Counted from the stretch's first letter, positions 37,471-47,582 are shown. The stretch: 64,000 nucleotides of DNA from a virus (IMGVR_UViG_3300019935_000001:36145-100144); one strand, 5' to 3'. The notes: generated from the sequence alone by a model not told the origin. Program-made: numbers and translations.

Positions 37471-37643
37471 ACCTGATCGATGCTGAGATCCTGAAGATCC
37501 TGCGTGAGCCTTATCACCGGTACTCGCACTGGTTCGTAGAGGCTGAGGTCACTGCATATGGTGTGAACTCCGAGACAACCTTGATGTTCAAAACTGAGGG
37601 CCGCGCAAAGGCTTGCAAGGTGGGTGATCAGGTTCAAATCTGA
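37467..37643 (+). CDS. possible 58-aa protein
   Basis: ATGA overlap with the previous gene, same strand. The 3' end contains a 9-bp-stem hairpin. Confidence 0.3.
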   Translation: MNLIDAEILKILREPYHRYSHWFVEAEVTAYGVNSETTLMFKTEGRAKACKVGDQVQI

Positions 37644-37750
37644 TCACCACGCGCCAACCGAGATTCACCATAGTCAGATCTCTATCATGTGCAACATCTG
37701 CTGAGCAACGAAGCAAACAGTAGCACTATGCACACATAGAGGATTGAAAG

Positions 37751-38533
37751 ATGACAACCACTTCTGTTGTAGCCGAAGCCGAAACTGATGCACTGTCCGC
37801 TATCCTGGAGATTCAGGATATGGAAATCGAGGACTCTCTGGAGTCTTTGATGGCCGCCGAAATGGCTGATGACACTCTGGCTGGTCTCGTAGATGCTGAA
37901 AAGGAGCAGTCTGCAGAACCGGAACCGGAGATCGACGAAGACCAGATTCTGGCAGAGATCGAGCTGGATGATGTGAAGACACAGGCTTATGAAGAGCAGG
38001 GCGCAAAAGCTACAGACGACCTCGACCCGGAGGCTGTAACTGCAGCCGAAGCGCAGGCACCTGTCGCTGTCAAAAAGAAGCGAGCGGTAAAGCGTACCAG
38101 CACAGCGTCAATGGCCAAGTCCGAAGCTATCGTGCATAAACTTGGCGAGAGCCGCTATGAAGTCTGCGTTCTGACAAATGAGATGGCAGACATGGACGAT
38201 GACACCCGGAAGGGGGCCATTGATGACTTTATTGTCAGCATAGACAGTCTACCGAAGAAGGTGGGCGAGAAGGTACTGAACCTGCTGTGTCACGTAGCGA
38301 ACGAAGATACGCTATCCACCTATACCGACATCGCCATCCAGATGCTGAAGGATGACGGCGAGCTGACCACAGAAACACTGCGCAACAAGTACCTCGATCG
38401 ACCGTATTCCATCGGAACGTCCGGTGCTCAATCGAGCCAGATGATGTCCTTGTTGCCAGCCATGGGTCTAGCCACCCGAAGCGGGCGAACCCTCACGAAG
38501 AACCCTAATTCTGTCCTAATTGATCTGCTCTAA
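37751..38533 (+). CDS. hypothetical protein with acidic N-terminal half
   Basis: 260 aa. GCACACATAGAGGA leader. Followed by a terminator. Confidence 0.55.
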   Translation: MTTTSVVAEAETDALSAILEIQDMEIEDSLESLMAAEMADDTLAGLVDAEKEQSAEPEPEIDEDQILAEIELDDVKTQAYEEQGAKATDDLDPEAVTAAEAQAPVAVKKKRAVKRTSTASMAKSEAIVHKLGESRYEVCVLTNEMADMDDDTRKGAIDDFIVSIDSLPKKVGEKVLNLLCHVANEDTLSTYTDIAIQMLKDDGELTTETLRNKYLDRPYSIGTSGAQSSQMMSLLPAMGLATRSGRTLTKNPNSVLIDLL

Positions 38534-38540
38534 TGTGTGC

Positions 38541-38563
38541 AGCGCCCTTCGGGGCGCTTTTTT
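38541..38563 (+). terminator. intrinsic terminator
   Basis: AGCGCCC-TTCG-GGGCGCT followed by TTTTT. Confidence 0.7.
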
Positions 38564-38707
38564 ATGACCGCCAGTAACTTACTGTTTTTAATAATGTTTT
38601 TGATTTTGGTTTCAAAAAGGTTGTAGCTTAGTTGCATTAATATCGGTGCTTTCGTTACAACTTTTGAACGCTGTACAGCGCTCTGTATTGCGTTCAGAAC
38701 GCATTTG

Positions 38708-38727
38708 ATAAGTCAGTTATAACTTAT
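38708..38727. promoter_or_regulatory. dispersed palindrome ATAAGT-N8-ACTTAT
   Basis: (G)ATAAGTCAGTTATAACTTAT(C) in a 290-bp AT-rich intergenic region. A second CTTACTTATATAAT half-copy lies at about 38779-38792. Confidence 0.5.
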
Positions 38728-38825
38728 CACGCAATAAATTATTAATATAAATTTGTATGTTTTCTTTTGTTTGTACTAACTTACTTATATAATAAATTCT
38801 CTAACACACACAGAGACAGACCGAA

Positions 38826-39074
38826 ATGACCTATCGAAGTAATCCGCGACGCGCCGGGGTTGACGCTTCAGCTCGCAGACGCTCAGTTGCTAATGCGATT
38901 CGCGATGTTGTGACCAAAACATGCAGAGGCCCCGGATGCACCACCAGATCGTCTCAGACGATCTTCATTGGTGATTACTGCCCGTCCTGTCATGAGAAGC
39001 GACTGGCTGCTGAAGCGGCACGGGAAGAGCAATTGAAGCACTACTCAAGCCTTGGATTTGGAGACTTCGCATGA
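38826..39074 (+). CDS. small Cys-containing protein ending in ...GFGDFA
   Basis: 82 aa. AACACACACAGAGACAGAC leader. CRGPGC...CPSC. Confidence 0.6.
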   Translation: MTYRSNPRRAGVDASARRRSVANAIRDVVTKTCRGPGCTTRSSQTIFIGDYCPSCHEKRLAAEAAREEQLKHYSSLGFGDFA

Positions 39075-39349
39075 GCAGCTGGCATGAGTACCGAAAAGTA
39101 GGCCCGAAGGTACGGATCAAACGCTTTGAACCGAGCATGGCGGACAAAGTAGTTAAGGGTGACACCAAAGACATCTACTACATCAAAACCCGTGAAGGCT
39201 ATCGTCTGGTCGACGAGGGTATGTATGTAGCGGACAAAGGCCGGGGCTACAAGCACCCTATGTCCGCAGAGGTTTATCGCTCTCTCTATGTACCTGCAGA
39301 GAACCTGGATGGTGTGAGTCTGGAAAACAGTAGCGCAGCCAGTTGCTGA
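39071..39349 (+). CDS. hypothetical protein
   Basis: 92 aa, ATGA overlap with the previous gene. Confidence 0.5.
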   Translation: MSSWHEYRKVGPKVRIKRFEPSMADKVVKGDTKDIYYIKTREGYRLVDEGMYVADKGRGYKHPMSAEVYRSLYVPAENLDGVSLENSSAASC

Positions 39350-39398
39350 TCCGGTAGATTTGCCCGGTCCGAGAGTAGCCATAGAACGGAGTGAAGAT

Positions 39399-39869
39399 AT
39401 GCCCCTTAGTTTTCGCATAGCGAACGGAACGTCTGGCGTGTTTGGAAAGAAGCAGGCCAAAGAGCGAGCTGGAGAGATTTATCGCCAGCTGCAGACCCTG
39501 AAAGACCTGCAGAGCCGGTTAGGCAAGAGTAACGCTGAGTCCCTTGATGAGGTAACAGTGGACATGCAGGAGGAGCTAAACAACCTGTTGGAGCTTTGCC
39601 GCCCGGCTGTTCCGACTGAAGCAAAGGCTCAGTTAGTCGCCTTCGGTGAAGGCAAGAGCCTTGCCGACATCGCAGCAGAGGCAGATACAACCCGTCAGGC
39701 CGTATCACGCCGGATGCTCGGCACTGCTCAGACCCTGGCAGAATATGCAGCAATGATGGGCGTAGATCTGCCGATCACACGATTCGTTGAAGACATTCAA
39801 CCACGAGTTCCCGACTTCCTTGAGTTCATTGAAAAGCTGGAAGTCATGAAAGGAAACTGCAACAAATAA
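39399..39869 (+). CDS. hypothetical protein with sigma-70 region-4-like HTH
   Basis: ATG at 39399 after GGAGTGAAG (the track ORF starts at a TTG at 39360). HTH-like SLADIAAEADTTRQAVSRRMLGTAQTL. Confidence 0.45.
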   Translation: MPLSFRIANGTSGVFGKKQAKERAGEIYRQLQTLKDLQSRLGKSNAESLDEVTVDMQEELNNLLELCRPAVPTEAKAQLVAFGEGKSLADIAAEADTTRQAVSRRMLGTAQTLAEYAAMMGVDLPITRFVEDIQPRVPDFLEFIEKLEVMKGNCNK

Positions 39870-39887
39870 CACACTGGAGACAAACAA

Positions 39888-40382
39888 ATGACCATTTCTG
39901 CTAACGCAAAGACCGTATCCGAGAAGGACTTTTCTGAACTGGCTGGGCGCTTAGGCGTACTGATTGATGAAGCGGCTGAAAAGGGTTGCTTCGCCCAGTT
40001 CACAATGATCGCCAAGAACGATGAAGACAGTGAGGCAGTAGCTGGCGGTGCCGCTGGCCCGATAGGTCTTGCGCTGGTCGCTCAGCAGGGCGAATCCGCT
40101 TTGTCTATGGCTCCAGCTCTGTGCAGCATCCTTCCTAATGTGCTGGAGGGTGGCGAAGACGTTGCCCTGACAGTGACCATCGGAGAAGACGAGGTTTCAT
40201 CTATCACAGCGCGGGCCAACATATGGAACCTGCGCCCTCTGATGCAGCAGTGCATGAGTGAAGGCGTGTTCCCGTTTGGCAGTAAAGAAGCCTTTTACAC
40301 TGTCATCAATACAGAAGGCGTAGCGGGTGCTAAGGCGATGCTTGAACAGGCTCTGACGAAGGCTGACAAGGTGGATGCGTAA
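39888..40382 (+). CDS. hypothetical protein
   Basis: 164 aa. AACACACTGGAGAC leader. Confidence 0.6.
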   Translation: MTISANAKTVSEKDFSELAGRLGVLIDEAAEKGCFAQFTMIAKNDEDSEAVAGGAAGPIGLALVAQQGESALSMAPALCSILPNVLEGGEDVALTVTIGEDEVSSITARANIWNLRPLMQQCMSEGVFPFGSKEAFYTVINTEGVAGAKAMLEQALTKADKVDA

Positions 40383-40596
40383 ATTCCTGGTAATCTATCT
40401 GAAGCCCGGCATTGGTCAGCTGCAGAAGATTGTAGAGGCAACGAACTGGTACAGCGTTACCAACGAGGCCACTGAGCAATTGCAAATCACTGAATCGCAG
40501 ATATTGAGCATAGATGAAACGCCCCGGTCTATCCGGGAGTCGCAAGCATTTTGATCAGAGAAGGAGGGCGTTAAGCCCTCCTTTGAGGACAGACAG

Positions 40597-40851
40597 ATGG
40601 AACAGCACCTTTACCACGTTCAAATGACTCGTGATGTTACCGAATCCTGCACAGTGGCTGTGTGGGCCAGCAGCCCGGATCAGGCCGAAGACAAGGCGTA
40701 TATGGCAGCGACCGGTGCCGCCGATGATCGCACTGCACATGTCGGCCCCTGGAGCCTGAATGAAGGCAGTTGCGGGGCTGAAGCGCCATACATAGCTGAT
40801 TCGGGCGAGGACATTAAGCAGGTCAGCCGAGGCTCGTCCGTAGCCATGTGA
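40597..40851 (+). CDS. hypothetical protein
   Basis: 84 aa. GAGGACAGACAG directly upstream of the ATG. Confidence 0.5.
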   Translation: MEQHLYHVQMTRDVTESCTVAVWASSPDQAEDKAYMAATGAADDRTAHVGPWSLNEGSCGAEAPYIADSGEDIKQVSRGSSVAM

Positions 40852-40926
40852 TACTCACCTTAGTCAATTTGAGAGAATTACATTGTCAGAGCTGACTTAG
40901 CTTTTGCACACATACAGGAGCAAACT

Positions 40927-41247
40927 ATGACCACCTGCAATGTAACTTTCTCCACCGCCAGCGTGACGCTGGTTCTCAGCAATCGACCGTACAGCGGTCG
41001 TACCTCAATTATCGACATCAATGATCTCCTCGAAGCCATGTGCGAAGAGCAGGACGGGGCCAAGGCGACAGCCGGTGTCCTGGAGCGCATCACTATTGGC
41101 AACGACGGGGATCTCGTCCTCCACATGACATACGAGAGCCCAGAAGATCTGATGCTGGTCGATGTGGACGCGGACAAGATTCGGACGTTTTTAAATGAAG
41201 CCTGGGACGACGATGAAGAGTCATCTCTGGCTGCAGTGGGTTTGTGA
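40927..41247 (+). CDS. hypothetical acidic protein
   Basis: 106 aa. GCACACATACAGGAGC leader. Confidence 0.55.
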   Translation: MTTCNVTFSTASVTLVLSNRPYSGRTSIIDINDLLEAMCEEQDGAKATAGVLERITIGNDGDLVLHMTYESPEDLMLVDVDADKIRTFLNEAWDDDEESSLAAVGL

Positions 41248-41250
41248 ATT

Positions 41251-41766
41251 ATGAGCAGTAAAAAGAAGAAGCCACGCAATCGGAAGTACACACCTGGACG
41301 GCACATGATTCCGGGATTTCAGAAGGACATCGAGAAGTTCTGGGTTATGAGAACCTGGAACATGAATCAGCTGGCCTGGGGTGGCTTGAACCCGAACGTA
41401 TCGTATTACCAGATGCTGTGTGACCACCTGATTATCACACCGCAGTGCTGGACAGTCCTTGTTGCATCTCTGCAGAAGGATGAACACGGAAACACATGGA
41501 CCAACTTCGAGCAGTACAGCCTGAAAGAGCCGGTACTGCCCCGCCACATCCAAGATGCTCTGAGCGAGAAGCTGGAGAATCTGCACAAGGGTCGAAATGA
41601 GAAGCACCGGGTTGGTGCCGCTTGGTATGCAGTACCGAAGGCTGATGCTGATTTGCTGGCTGACTCGGTACGGATCGAAGAGAAGTTCCGGTCGGTGGGC
41701 GCTTTTGATCGCAAGCAGTCACCTGGCAAGCATGTGTCGAAGCCCTCAGTAGGGAAGGCGGCATGA
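41251..41766 (+). CDS. hypothetical protein
   Basis: 171 aa, starts 4 nt after the previous stop. Confidence 0.5.
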   Translation: MSSKKKKPRNRKYTPGRHMIPGFQKDIEKFWVMRTWNMNQLAWGGLNPNVSYYQMLCDHLIITPQCWTVLVASLQKDEHGNTWTNFEQYSLKEPVLPRHIQDALSEKLENLHKGRNEKHRVGAAWYAVPKADADLLADSVRIEEKFRSVGAFDRKQSPGKHVSKPSVGKAA

Positions 41767-42023
41767 AGGGCTTTAAGCGTTACTTTTTCCAGCAGCGCAG
41801 AAACACCAGTGTGTGGAGAACGCTGCCCGTCATTGTCCGCAGCAGAGAAGATTTGGCGGCTTTGGTTCAGCACTGGTCTGTACTGGGCCAACGGGGCGGG
41901 TGGCAATACCGCGCGCTGATGACGTTGCCCGAGGACCTGACCCGCCAGGAGAACAAGAACCTGGAATTTATAGTCGAGGCCCGCGTTCATCGGGGTCATA
42001 TCGGATACAGCGAGGAGTCGTAA
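41763..42023 (+). CDS. hypothetical protein
   Basis: 86 aa, ATGA overlap. Confidence 0.45.
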   Translation: MKGFKRYFFQQRRNTSVWRTLPVIVRSREDLAALVQHWSVLGQRGGWQYRALMTLPEDLTRQENKNLEFIVEARVHRGHIGYSEES

Positions 42024-42025
42024 CG

Positions 42026-42367
42026 ATGTTGTTTAGCCAGAAACAGGTGGCTGATTTCGTAGCAGAATGCACCGCCCTTCATACCCTGAATTGTCTTCCT
42101 GCCGATCCGGATGACACGCCTGACTTTGATGCTTTTGAGGTGCAGCTGGTCGTGTCTATGCAGGACGGCGACGGTGGCTTCTTCTGTGAGCCTGTGTCCG
42201 AACGGGAGGCTGCTGCCGAGATCTCCTCTGACCGGTTCGACGCTCTGATGTGGACGCTCTATGCCCACTGTCAGGACGGCGGCGTTGAGGCTCTGCACGA
42301 CTTTCACAGCAAAGCCGAAGCAGAGGAAATCTACAAGGCACTTCACGCCAAATTCGTGGCCGATTGA
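42026..42367 (+). CDS. hypothetical acidic protein
   Basis: 113 aa from the ATG at 42026 with a GAGGAG RBS. The longer track ORF (41813) overlaps the previous gene. Confidence 0.5.
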   Translation: MLFSQKQVADFVAECTALHTLNCLPADPDDTPDFDAFEVQLVVSMQDGDGGFFCEPVSEREAAAEISSDRFDALMWTLYAHCQDGGVEALHDFHSKAEAEEIYKALHAKFVAD

Positions 42368-42443
42368 TAGCCACTTCTGATCTACCTGTTGCCGATTGAG
42401 AAAATACATTCATCGGCAACAACACACATAGAGACAGAGAATT

Positions 42444-42728
42444 ATGACCGCTAAGTTGATGACCCTTCCCCCGAAGGGTCGAACCATCTCTACACCGAAA
42501 GGTGGCTGGAAGAAGCAGACGTACTACGTGGTAAACGTGTCTGTGAATCGGAACAACCCGATCTTCCGGGCGATCTTCTACTCCGGATTCCTGGAGAAGG
42601 GCGGACTGCCCGGTGCCTACGCTGCAGCATGGGCGGGCGCTTGCGATGAAACACCGATCCATGAACTTCACTTCCTGGAAGTGGTTTCTGAGATCGACAT
42701 GGGTACTGACGTGGAGGATTCACTGTGA
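42444..42728 (+). CDS. hypothetical protein
   Basis: 94 aa. AACACACATAGAGACAGAG leader. Confidence 0.6.
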   Translation: MTAKLMTLPPKGRTISTPKGGWKKQTYYVVNVSVNRNNPIFRAIFYSGFLEKGGLPGAYAAAWAGACDETPIHELHFLEVVSEIDMGTDVEDSL

Positions 42729-43369
42729 GAAGTGTGAACCTGATTGTCAGAGAAGACCCTGCGACTGGTGCAACCGGCCTGATGTGCAAGGACGTTCGGG
42801 TTATCGATGCCCCGATGGTCGCTGTAACTGGCTCAACCATTGCTCACGACATCATTGAGCACCAGAACGGACTGAGAGCGATCGGCTCCATCGGTGACGA
42901 GCTGGAGGCGCTGGGTGGTCTGTGGTTCTGCCGGGGGCAACTATGTGATCTGGGCAACGGGTGGATGTCGAATACGCAGACCGTATCCGGCGATGTAGAC
43001 AACCTGTTCAGCCTGTATGCCAGCGGCGTTCCGGTTCGCTCCGAAGTTAAGCGCCTGCACCGTGCCCCGGACTACATCGAAGACGACATCGGCGAGATCC
43101 TGGCTCATGTGGGCGTCAGTGACTGTGAGCGGGATCAGTGGGGTGACTTCAAAGAGGCTGCTTTCCGGCTGATCAGCCGGGGCTACAACAAAGCTGTTCG
43201 CCGATTCAAAGATAACGCTATCGCCGCGCATAACCAGTTCTGCACGATTGAGATGGCAGTCAATGATCTACTGATCGGCGATCTGCACCTGGGCCAGGAG
43301 TTCACACTGGTGTACGGGGAAGGTCGAGCACGCACTTTCGGGGAGTACGAAGACAATGCCTGGTACTAA
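42725..43369 (+). CDS. hypothetical protein
   Basis: 214 aa, GTG start overlapping the previous stop. Confidence 0.5.
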   Translation: MRSVNLIVREDPATGATGLMCKDVRVIDAPMVAVTGSTIAHDIIEHQNGLRAIGSIGDELEALGGLWFCRGQLCDLGNGWMSNTQTVSGDVDNLFSLYASGVPVRSEVKRLHRAPDYIEDDIGEILAHVGVSDCERDQWGDFKEAAFRLISRGYNKAVRRFKDNAIAAHNQFCTIEMAVNDLLIGDLHLGQEFTLVYGEGRARTFGEYEDNAWY

Positions 43370-43724
43370 TCGAAAACCTTGCAAGCGCCCGTGTGCTAAC
43401 TGCCCGTGGAAGAAGGACTCGGCTCGCGGCTATCTGGGAGGCAACAGTGTTGGTGTGTACGCAGACTCTATTCGATCTGACCGCCGCCTTGCCTGCCACA
43501 GCCGAGCCCCAGGGTCTGAGAGCCTGCCGTCCGAGCTTATCGCAGCGGCTGACGTATGCACGGGTTACGTTATGGCCCGAGTAAATGACTTCAAGAGTAG
43601 TGCCGATCCAGTGCTGCGCCAGCTTGAAGTGATGCACCGCGAAAGCAGTCACCGTGGTGAGATCTTCTCGTTTCCGGTTCATGAGGGTTTCGCGGGCCAC
43701 CACGGTTTGGAGATCGCAGTATGA
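43356..43724 (+). CDS. hypothetical protein with Cys-rich N-terminus
   Basis: 122 aa. CKRPCANCPW. 14-nt overlap with the previous gene. Confidence 0.5.
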   Translation: MPGTNRKPCKRPCANCPWKKDSARGYLGGNSVGVYADSIRSDRRLACHSRAPGSESLPSELIAAADVCTGYVMARVNDFKSSADPVLRQLEVMHRESSHRGEIFSFPVHEGFAGHHGLEIAV

Positions 43725-44032
43725 AGACACGTATCGAGAAGGTACTGAAGCGCGATGATGGCACCCGGGCAAAGATCGAAGTCTGGCTGTCTGCGGGCTA
43801 CCTGGAGAAGAGTGCGAAATACCATTACGAGGTCGAGTTTAAGCCACCACGCGCCCGAAACTGGCGACCGGTCTATGATCGCAGCGGCTACGACTATCGC
43901 AGGCTGTCGTATGAAGAGCGCCCGGCCTACATCCAAAAGATGAGCCTGGAGCATGTGACAGAAGAAGAGATCCACACCGCAATGCTGGAACTGTGGGAGC
44001 AACTGAAGCCGGGGGTACTCGACCATGATTAA
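43721..44032 (+). CDS. hypothetical protein
   Basis: 103 aa, ATGA overlap. Confidence 0.5.
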   Translation: MKTRIEKVLKRDDGTRAKIEVWLSAGYLEKSAKYHYEVEFKPPRARNWRPVYDRSGYDYRRLSYEERPAYIQKMSLEHVTEEEIHTAMLELWEQLKPGVLDHD

Positions 44033-44210
44033 TCCGAACAAGTGGCCGACCCTTCCCACCACAAAACTCAAAGGCGGCGTTCGCCGTGGTGAGCTGGCAG
44101 TTACCTGCACTGGCATCGGCAAACCGAAGACCTGTACCAGCGGGCTGCTGAAGATCATCGAAAAGTCAGGTGCTGGCAGAAAGAAGGGGGTTGTTCGTTA
44201 TGAACCATGA
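44025..44210 (+). CDS. hypothetical small basic protein
   Basis: 61 aa, 8-nt overlap with the previous gene. Confidence 0.35.
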   Translation: MINPNKWPTLPTTKLKGGVRRGELAVTCTGIGKPKTCTSGLLKIIEKSGAGRKKGVVRYEP

Positions 44211-44637
44211 AGCAGGCATGAGCGGTGAAGAGCTGAAGGCAAAGTACGAAGAGCTGCAGCCGGGTGATCACTGGGCTGAGCACCCCGAGTTCTCGCTGGG
44301 GGCTTGGCGTGAGGAAGTCAGCGAAGAGAACACGCTGCAGGGATACTGGGACTGGGTGGCAGCGCAGGCTCATGAGGCCAACATGACCCGGATCGAGCAG
44401 CTGCTGGAGCAAGATGGCGACCGAATCGAAACGGTTTACTGCTCCAAGAAGCACCCGCATGGCTCTGCATATGTGGCCGTAACTGCTCAGGGCAGATGGC
44501 TTGTTGGTAGAGAACAGGCGTTGATTGATGTGTTCTATGGCTCTGCCCGTGTAGCGTATGACGCCTATTTCCGGAAGGCAGAGCAGGGCGATCACGGAGC
44601 CTGGAACATCTGCTATGTGCTGGAGGATCACTTGTGA
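44200..44637 (+). CDS. hypothetical protein
   Basis: 145 aa from the ATG at 44200 (AAGAAGGGGG upstream). The track ORF starts at a GTG at 44170. Confidence 0.5.
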   Translation: MNHEAGMSGEELKAKYEELQPGDHWAEHPEFSLGAWREEVSEENTLQGYWDWVAAQAHEANMTRIEQLLEQDGDRIETVYCSKKHPHGSAYVAVTAQGRWLVGREQALIDVFYGSARVAYDAYFRKAEQGDHGAWNICYVLEDHL

Positions 44638-44763
44638 GTGCGGCGCTGGTGCCGACCTGACGAATGCCGAGGGGAGTCCCGAACCATCGCTTACTCCCCT
44701 TTTGAGTATTGCGACAATAGATCCCGTTGAAGCAACAACGCTATTACACACAGAGAGACGGAA

Positions 44764-45048
44764 ATGATGACCGACTTTACAGAGCTTTTTGAACGCGCAA
44801 AGACAGAGCAGACCCTGGAGATTATGGTTCGCGGCCGCTGCCGCAAAATGAAGGTGAGCTGCAATCTGTCAGATTACACTTACGCTACGCTGGCTAATTA
44901 CTATCGCGAAGACGCTTTCGCCTCTGTGCGCTGTATGCTCCAGGCCGCTGCAGATCGGCTGACCGAGATCCGTGAAGAGGCAAGCGCTGCTGCTCGCCGC
45001 GAAGCGCTTGCTAAAGATCTTGCGAAGCTGTCCGGGGCCAAATCATGA
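44764..45048 (+). CDS. hypothetical protein
   Basis: 94 aa. TTACACACAGAGAGACGG leader. Confidence 0.55.
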   Translation: MMTDFTELFERAKTEQTLEIMVRGRCRKMKVSCNLSDYTYATLANYYREDAFASVRCMLQAAADRLTEIREEASAAARREALAKDLAKLSGAKS

Positions 45049-45395
45049 AAGCAATTCTGATCGACCCGGAGGAGCGCACTGTTAGCGCTGTCGAACATGG
45101 TAACGAGCTGCGTGACTTCTATAGCTTGCTCGACTGTGAGCGAATCGAGTTCATAGATGTTGAACCTGGCATCTCTGTGATCGTTGATGGCGATGCGTTG
45201 CTCCGGGATGCGCCGCCGCCACCTTTTCTGTTCGACTATATGCGGGTACTCATTTTCGGCAAAGGCCTGATTGTCGGGATCTGCGGTAGCGATGTAGCAG
45301 AGTGCACGATGTCCATGTCAGATGCGTGGCTCAGGACATACTGGACAGATAGTGGCATCGCAGAGTGTGCCGCTGATTATCGGGGGCGGATCTGA
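45045..45395 (+). CDS. hypothetical protein
   Basis: 116 aa, ATGA overlap. Confidence 0.5.
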   Translation: MKAILIDPEERTVSAVEHGNELRDFYSLLDCERIEFIDVEPGISVIVDGDALLRDAPPPPFLFDYMRVLIFGKGLIVGICGSDVAECTMSMSDAWLRTYWTDSGIAECAADYRGRI

Positions 45396-45580
45396 TGAAC
45401 CTGTTGTTTTCATATGGTGCTGACCGTGATAACGAGCTGAATGCGCAGGGTCATATTTTTCTGGGCGCAGGTGAAGACTCAAATGAAGGTGAGGTTCACG
45501 TGTTTCTAAAGGCCGGCGAAGAGCGACAGCTGCCGGGCGACAATATGGTCCTCAACCTGAGCGCCGAAGCCAATGACTGA
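45395..45580 (+). CDS. hypothetical protein
   Basis: 61 aa, TGATG junction with the previous gene. Confidence 0.4.
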   Translation: MNLLFSYGADRDNELNAQGHIFLGAGEDSNEGEVHVFLKAGEERQLPGDNMVLNLSAEAND

Positions 45581-45830
45581 TGTGGTATGCGGTGTATTCA
45601 TTGAGTTCACAGAGAACGAGCACTCTGACAAGGAGCTGTCAGCTGGGCCTTTCTTTACCGGCACCCGAGCAGACTGCAGCAGCTGGCTGCACCGGAACTC
45701 TGAGCTGATGGAAAAACTGAAGGAAATGGCAATTGGCCTGACAGAGTACGGGTCAAACCAGAACTACAGCTGCGAAGATTTTGACATATTTATTGAGAAG
45801 GTAGATGAAAATGGAAAATGGCGTAGTTAA
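45573..45830 (+). CDS. hypothetical protein
   Basis: 85 aa, 8-nt overlap. Confidence 0.45.
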   Translation: MTDVVCGVFIEFTENEHSDKELSAGPFFTGTRADCSSWLHRNSELMEKLKEMAIGLTEYGSNQNYSCEDFDIFIEKVDENGKWRS

Positions 45831-46038
45831 TCGAGCGGGGCAGCCTTGGACAGGGCGAGAGGAGGAAGAGCTGCGTGATTTGTTCGATCAAGCTGAGAGC
45901 ATTACAAATATTGCTTCATGGCATAGACGCTCAATCGGAGCGATCACCAGCCGCCTTGCTCGTTTAAACCTGATTGAGCATAGTCGCCAGGGGTGGCTCC
46001 GCAAAGATACCAGCGAAGTCTATTATCGCTGGTTCTGA
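45805..46038 (+). CDS. hypothetical protein (possible Myb/SANT-like HTH)
   Basis: 77 aa. W..REEEELRDLF...IASW pattern. Last gene before a terminator. Confidence 0.4.
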   Translation: MKMENGVVNRAGQPWTGREEEELRDLFDQAESITNIASWHRRSIGAITSRLARLNLIEHSRQGWLRKDTSEVYYRWF

Positions 46039-46064
46039 CCCCGACAACCAATCCCCCCCCTAAA

Positions 46065-46087
46065 AGCCTGCATCATGCAGGCTTTTC
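46065..46087. terminator. bidirectional hairpin terminator
   Basis: AAAAGCCTGCA-TCA-TGCAGGCTTTT. Confidence 0.65.
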
Positions 46088-46853
46088 TGTTGCTTTCTGA
46101 TACTGAGAGCAGACCTGTTGAATATGCTGCGCCATGAACGATGTAGAAAATGCCCTTTTTGACTCAGAAGTGTCCCCGGCCAGCCCCAAACTTATCATTG
46201 CTGATAGTTGGCCCTTGATATACCCCCGGAATACCCCCAGCGAGTGAAGAGTCATCGCTCGTATTTGCTCAGAAGAAGCGCCAGCTATAACCAGGTCAGC
46301 TTCAGCCTGCTGAATGTCTTCCGTTATCTGGTGAGTATCCAGATCCAGACCTGCATATGTCTTACCTCCTCTTTTTTTCATATTTGAGGAGAAGAGACAA
46401 GCGGTTGGAGTGTATAGCCGCTTCAGATGCTCCTGGTACGCCGCATGAAGCGTTGGATAGTACTCCACTGTTGAAGTCACTTCATTAGCGTGGCTAGAGC
46501 CAGTGTCGCCATAGACTTTTTAAGCATCTGTATTGTCCCTTTGATTCAACGCAGGCCGTATAGTAATTGAATCAACGATCACTTACAAAGACAGTCAGAC
46601 CAGCATCTCTGCACTACATCGACAGACTCATCTGAAAGCATCGCTGTATCGTCCGCAGAACAGCGCACAGCAAGCGCACACAGAAGATACGAGCAATCAC
46701 ACTGCTCGGCTATTCGGGCGCTCAGAACGCAATACAGAAAGCCGATCCATTCCGCTACCAAAAGCACTGCAGGATACCCAGCTGCCAGCTCTGATCAGCC
46801 TGATCCCGCTTGAGAAAATACAAGCGTCACAACGACACACAAGGAGACAAATT

Positions 46854-47174
46854 ATGACCACCTTGAGAATCCCGGTTGAAGCTGCCCGGAAGTTGCTGAT
46901 GCACTGTGAAAAGATCGGATCGGATCAGCTCGCATTTCATGCGTCAGCAACAGACGGGGCATTCTTCAGCACGGAGCACGATAGTAACCCGCTGTATCAT
47001 GTGCCGGGCTACGAACCCGGCAGCAAGCATTGGCAGCAAGAGATAGAGGCAACGTTCGGTATCGAGCCTGTTTCTATCAATGTGCCACTGCAGCTGCTGC
47101 AGCGCCAGCTCGACAACCATGACACCGGCGTGTTCTCTGTGAGGATAGATCGGGAGAACTCAATCATCACCTAA
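46854..47174 (+). CDS. hypothetical protein
   Basis: 106 aa. GACACACAAGGAGAC leader. Confidence 0.55.
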   Translation: MTTLRIPVEAARKLLMHCEKIGSDQLAFHASATDGAFFSTEHDSNPLYHVPGYEPGSKHWQQEIEATFGIEPVSINVPLQLLQRQLDNHDTGVFSVRIDRENSIIT

Positions 47175-47582
47175 CCTATAAGCAGCGCGATCTGCACCGG
47201 TTGTAAATGACCTGATTTTGTAGACCGCGCTGCAACCGAGCACTAACCCGGATACACCCGAAACCGGTACCAGGCTATCACTCCCGTATAACCCCCATAC
47301 AACCAAATTTAACCTGATCACCGAGAGATCCTCCCCCGCTGTCCATTCAAGGAAAACTCTGACCCCCAGATCAATCAGACACCACATGATTTTTCACGCT
47401 ACCAATTAAACCAAAATGCCTACCGACACGAGCATTACCCCTCTATAGGGAACCTTCATGCCCGCTATGGGAATTTACGTGGTCAAATGAGCCAAATTGT
47501 TTACCAGCACCATCAACACCAATTCCGCTCAAACCCTCATAAACGCTGACACTCCGGCCATTTCTCTCACCACCAACCATAC

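Noticed and set aside
37621-37646. GGTTCAAATC, resembling a tRNA T-loop.
   Set aside because: It is the loop of a 9-bp perfect hairpin (GGTGATCAG...CTGATCACC). No acceptor, D or anticodon arms can be built around it.
46073-46480. 135-aa minus-strand ORF. The segment AGASSEQIRAMTLHSLGVFRGY faintly resembles the C-terminal LGH...Y region of tyrosine recombinases.
   Set aside because: The R-H-R-Y catalytic residues are not in a credible arrangement. It has a GTG start without an RBS, and the resemblance is weak. It was not annotated as a gene or an integrase remnant.
47440-47455. CTCTATAGGGAAC, resembling a T7-type promoter core (CACTATAGGGAGA).
   Set aside because: No single-subunit RNA polymerase gene is in the window, and the upstream -17 to -5 region is not conserved with any other site.
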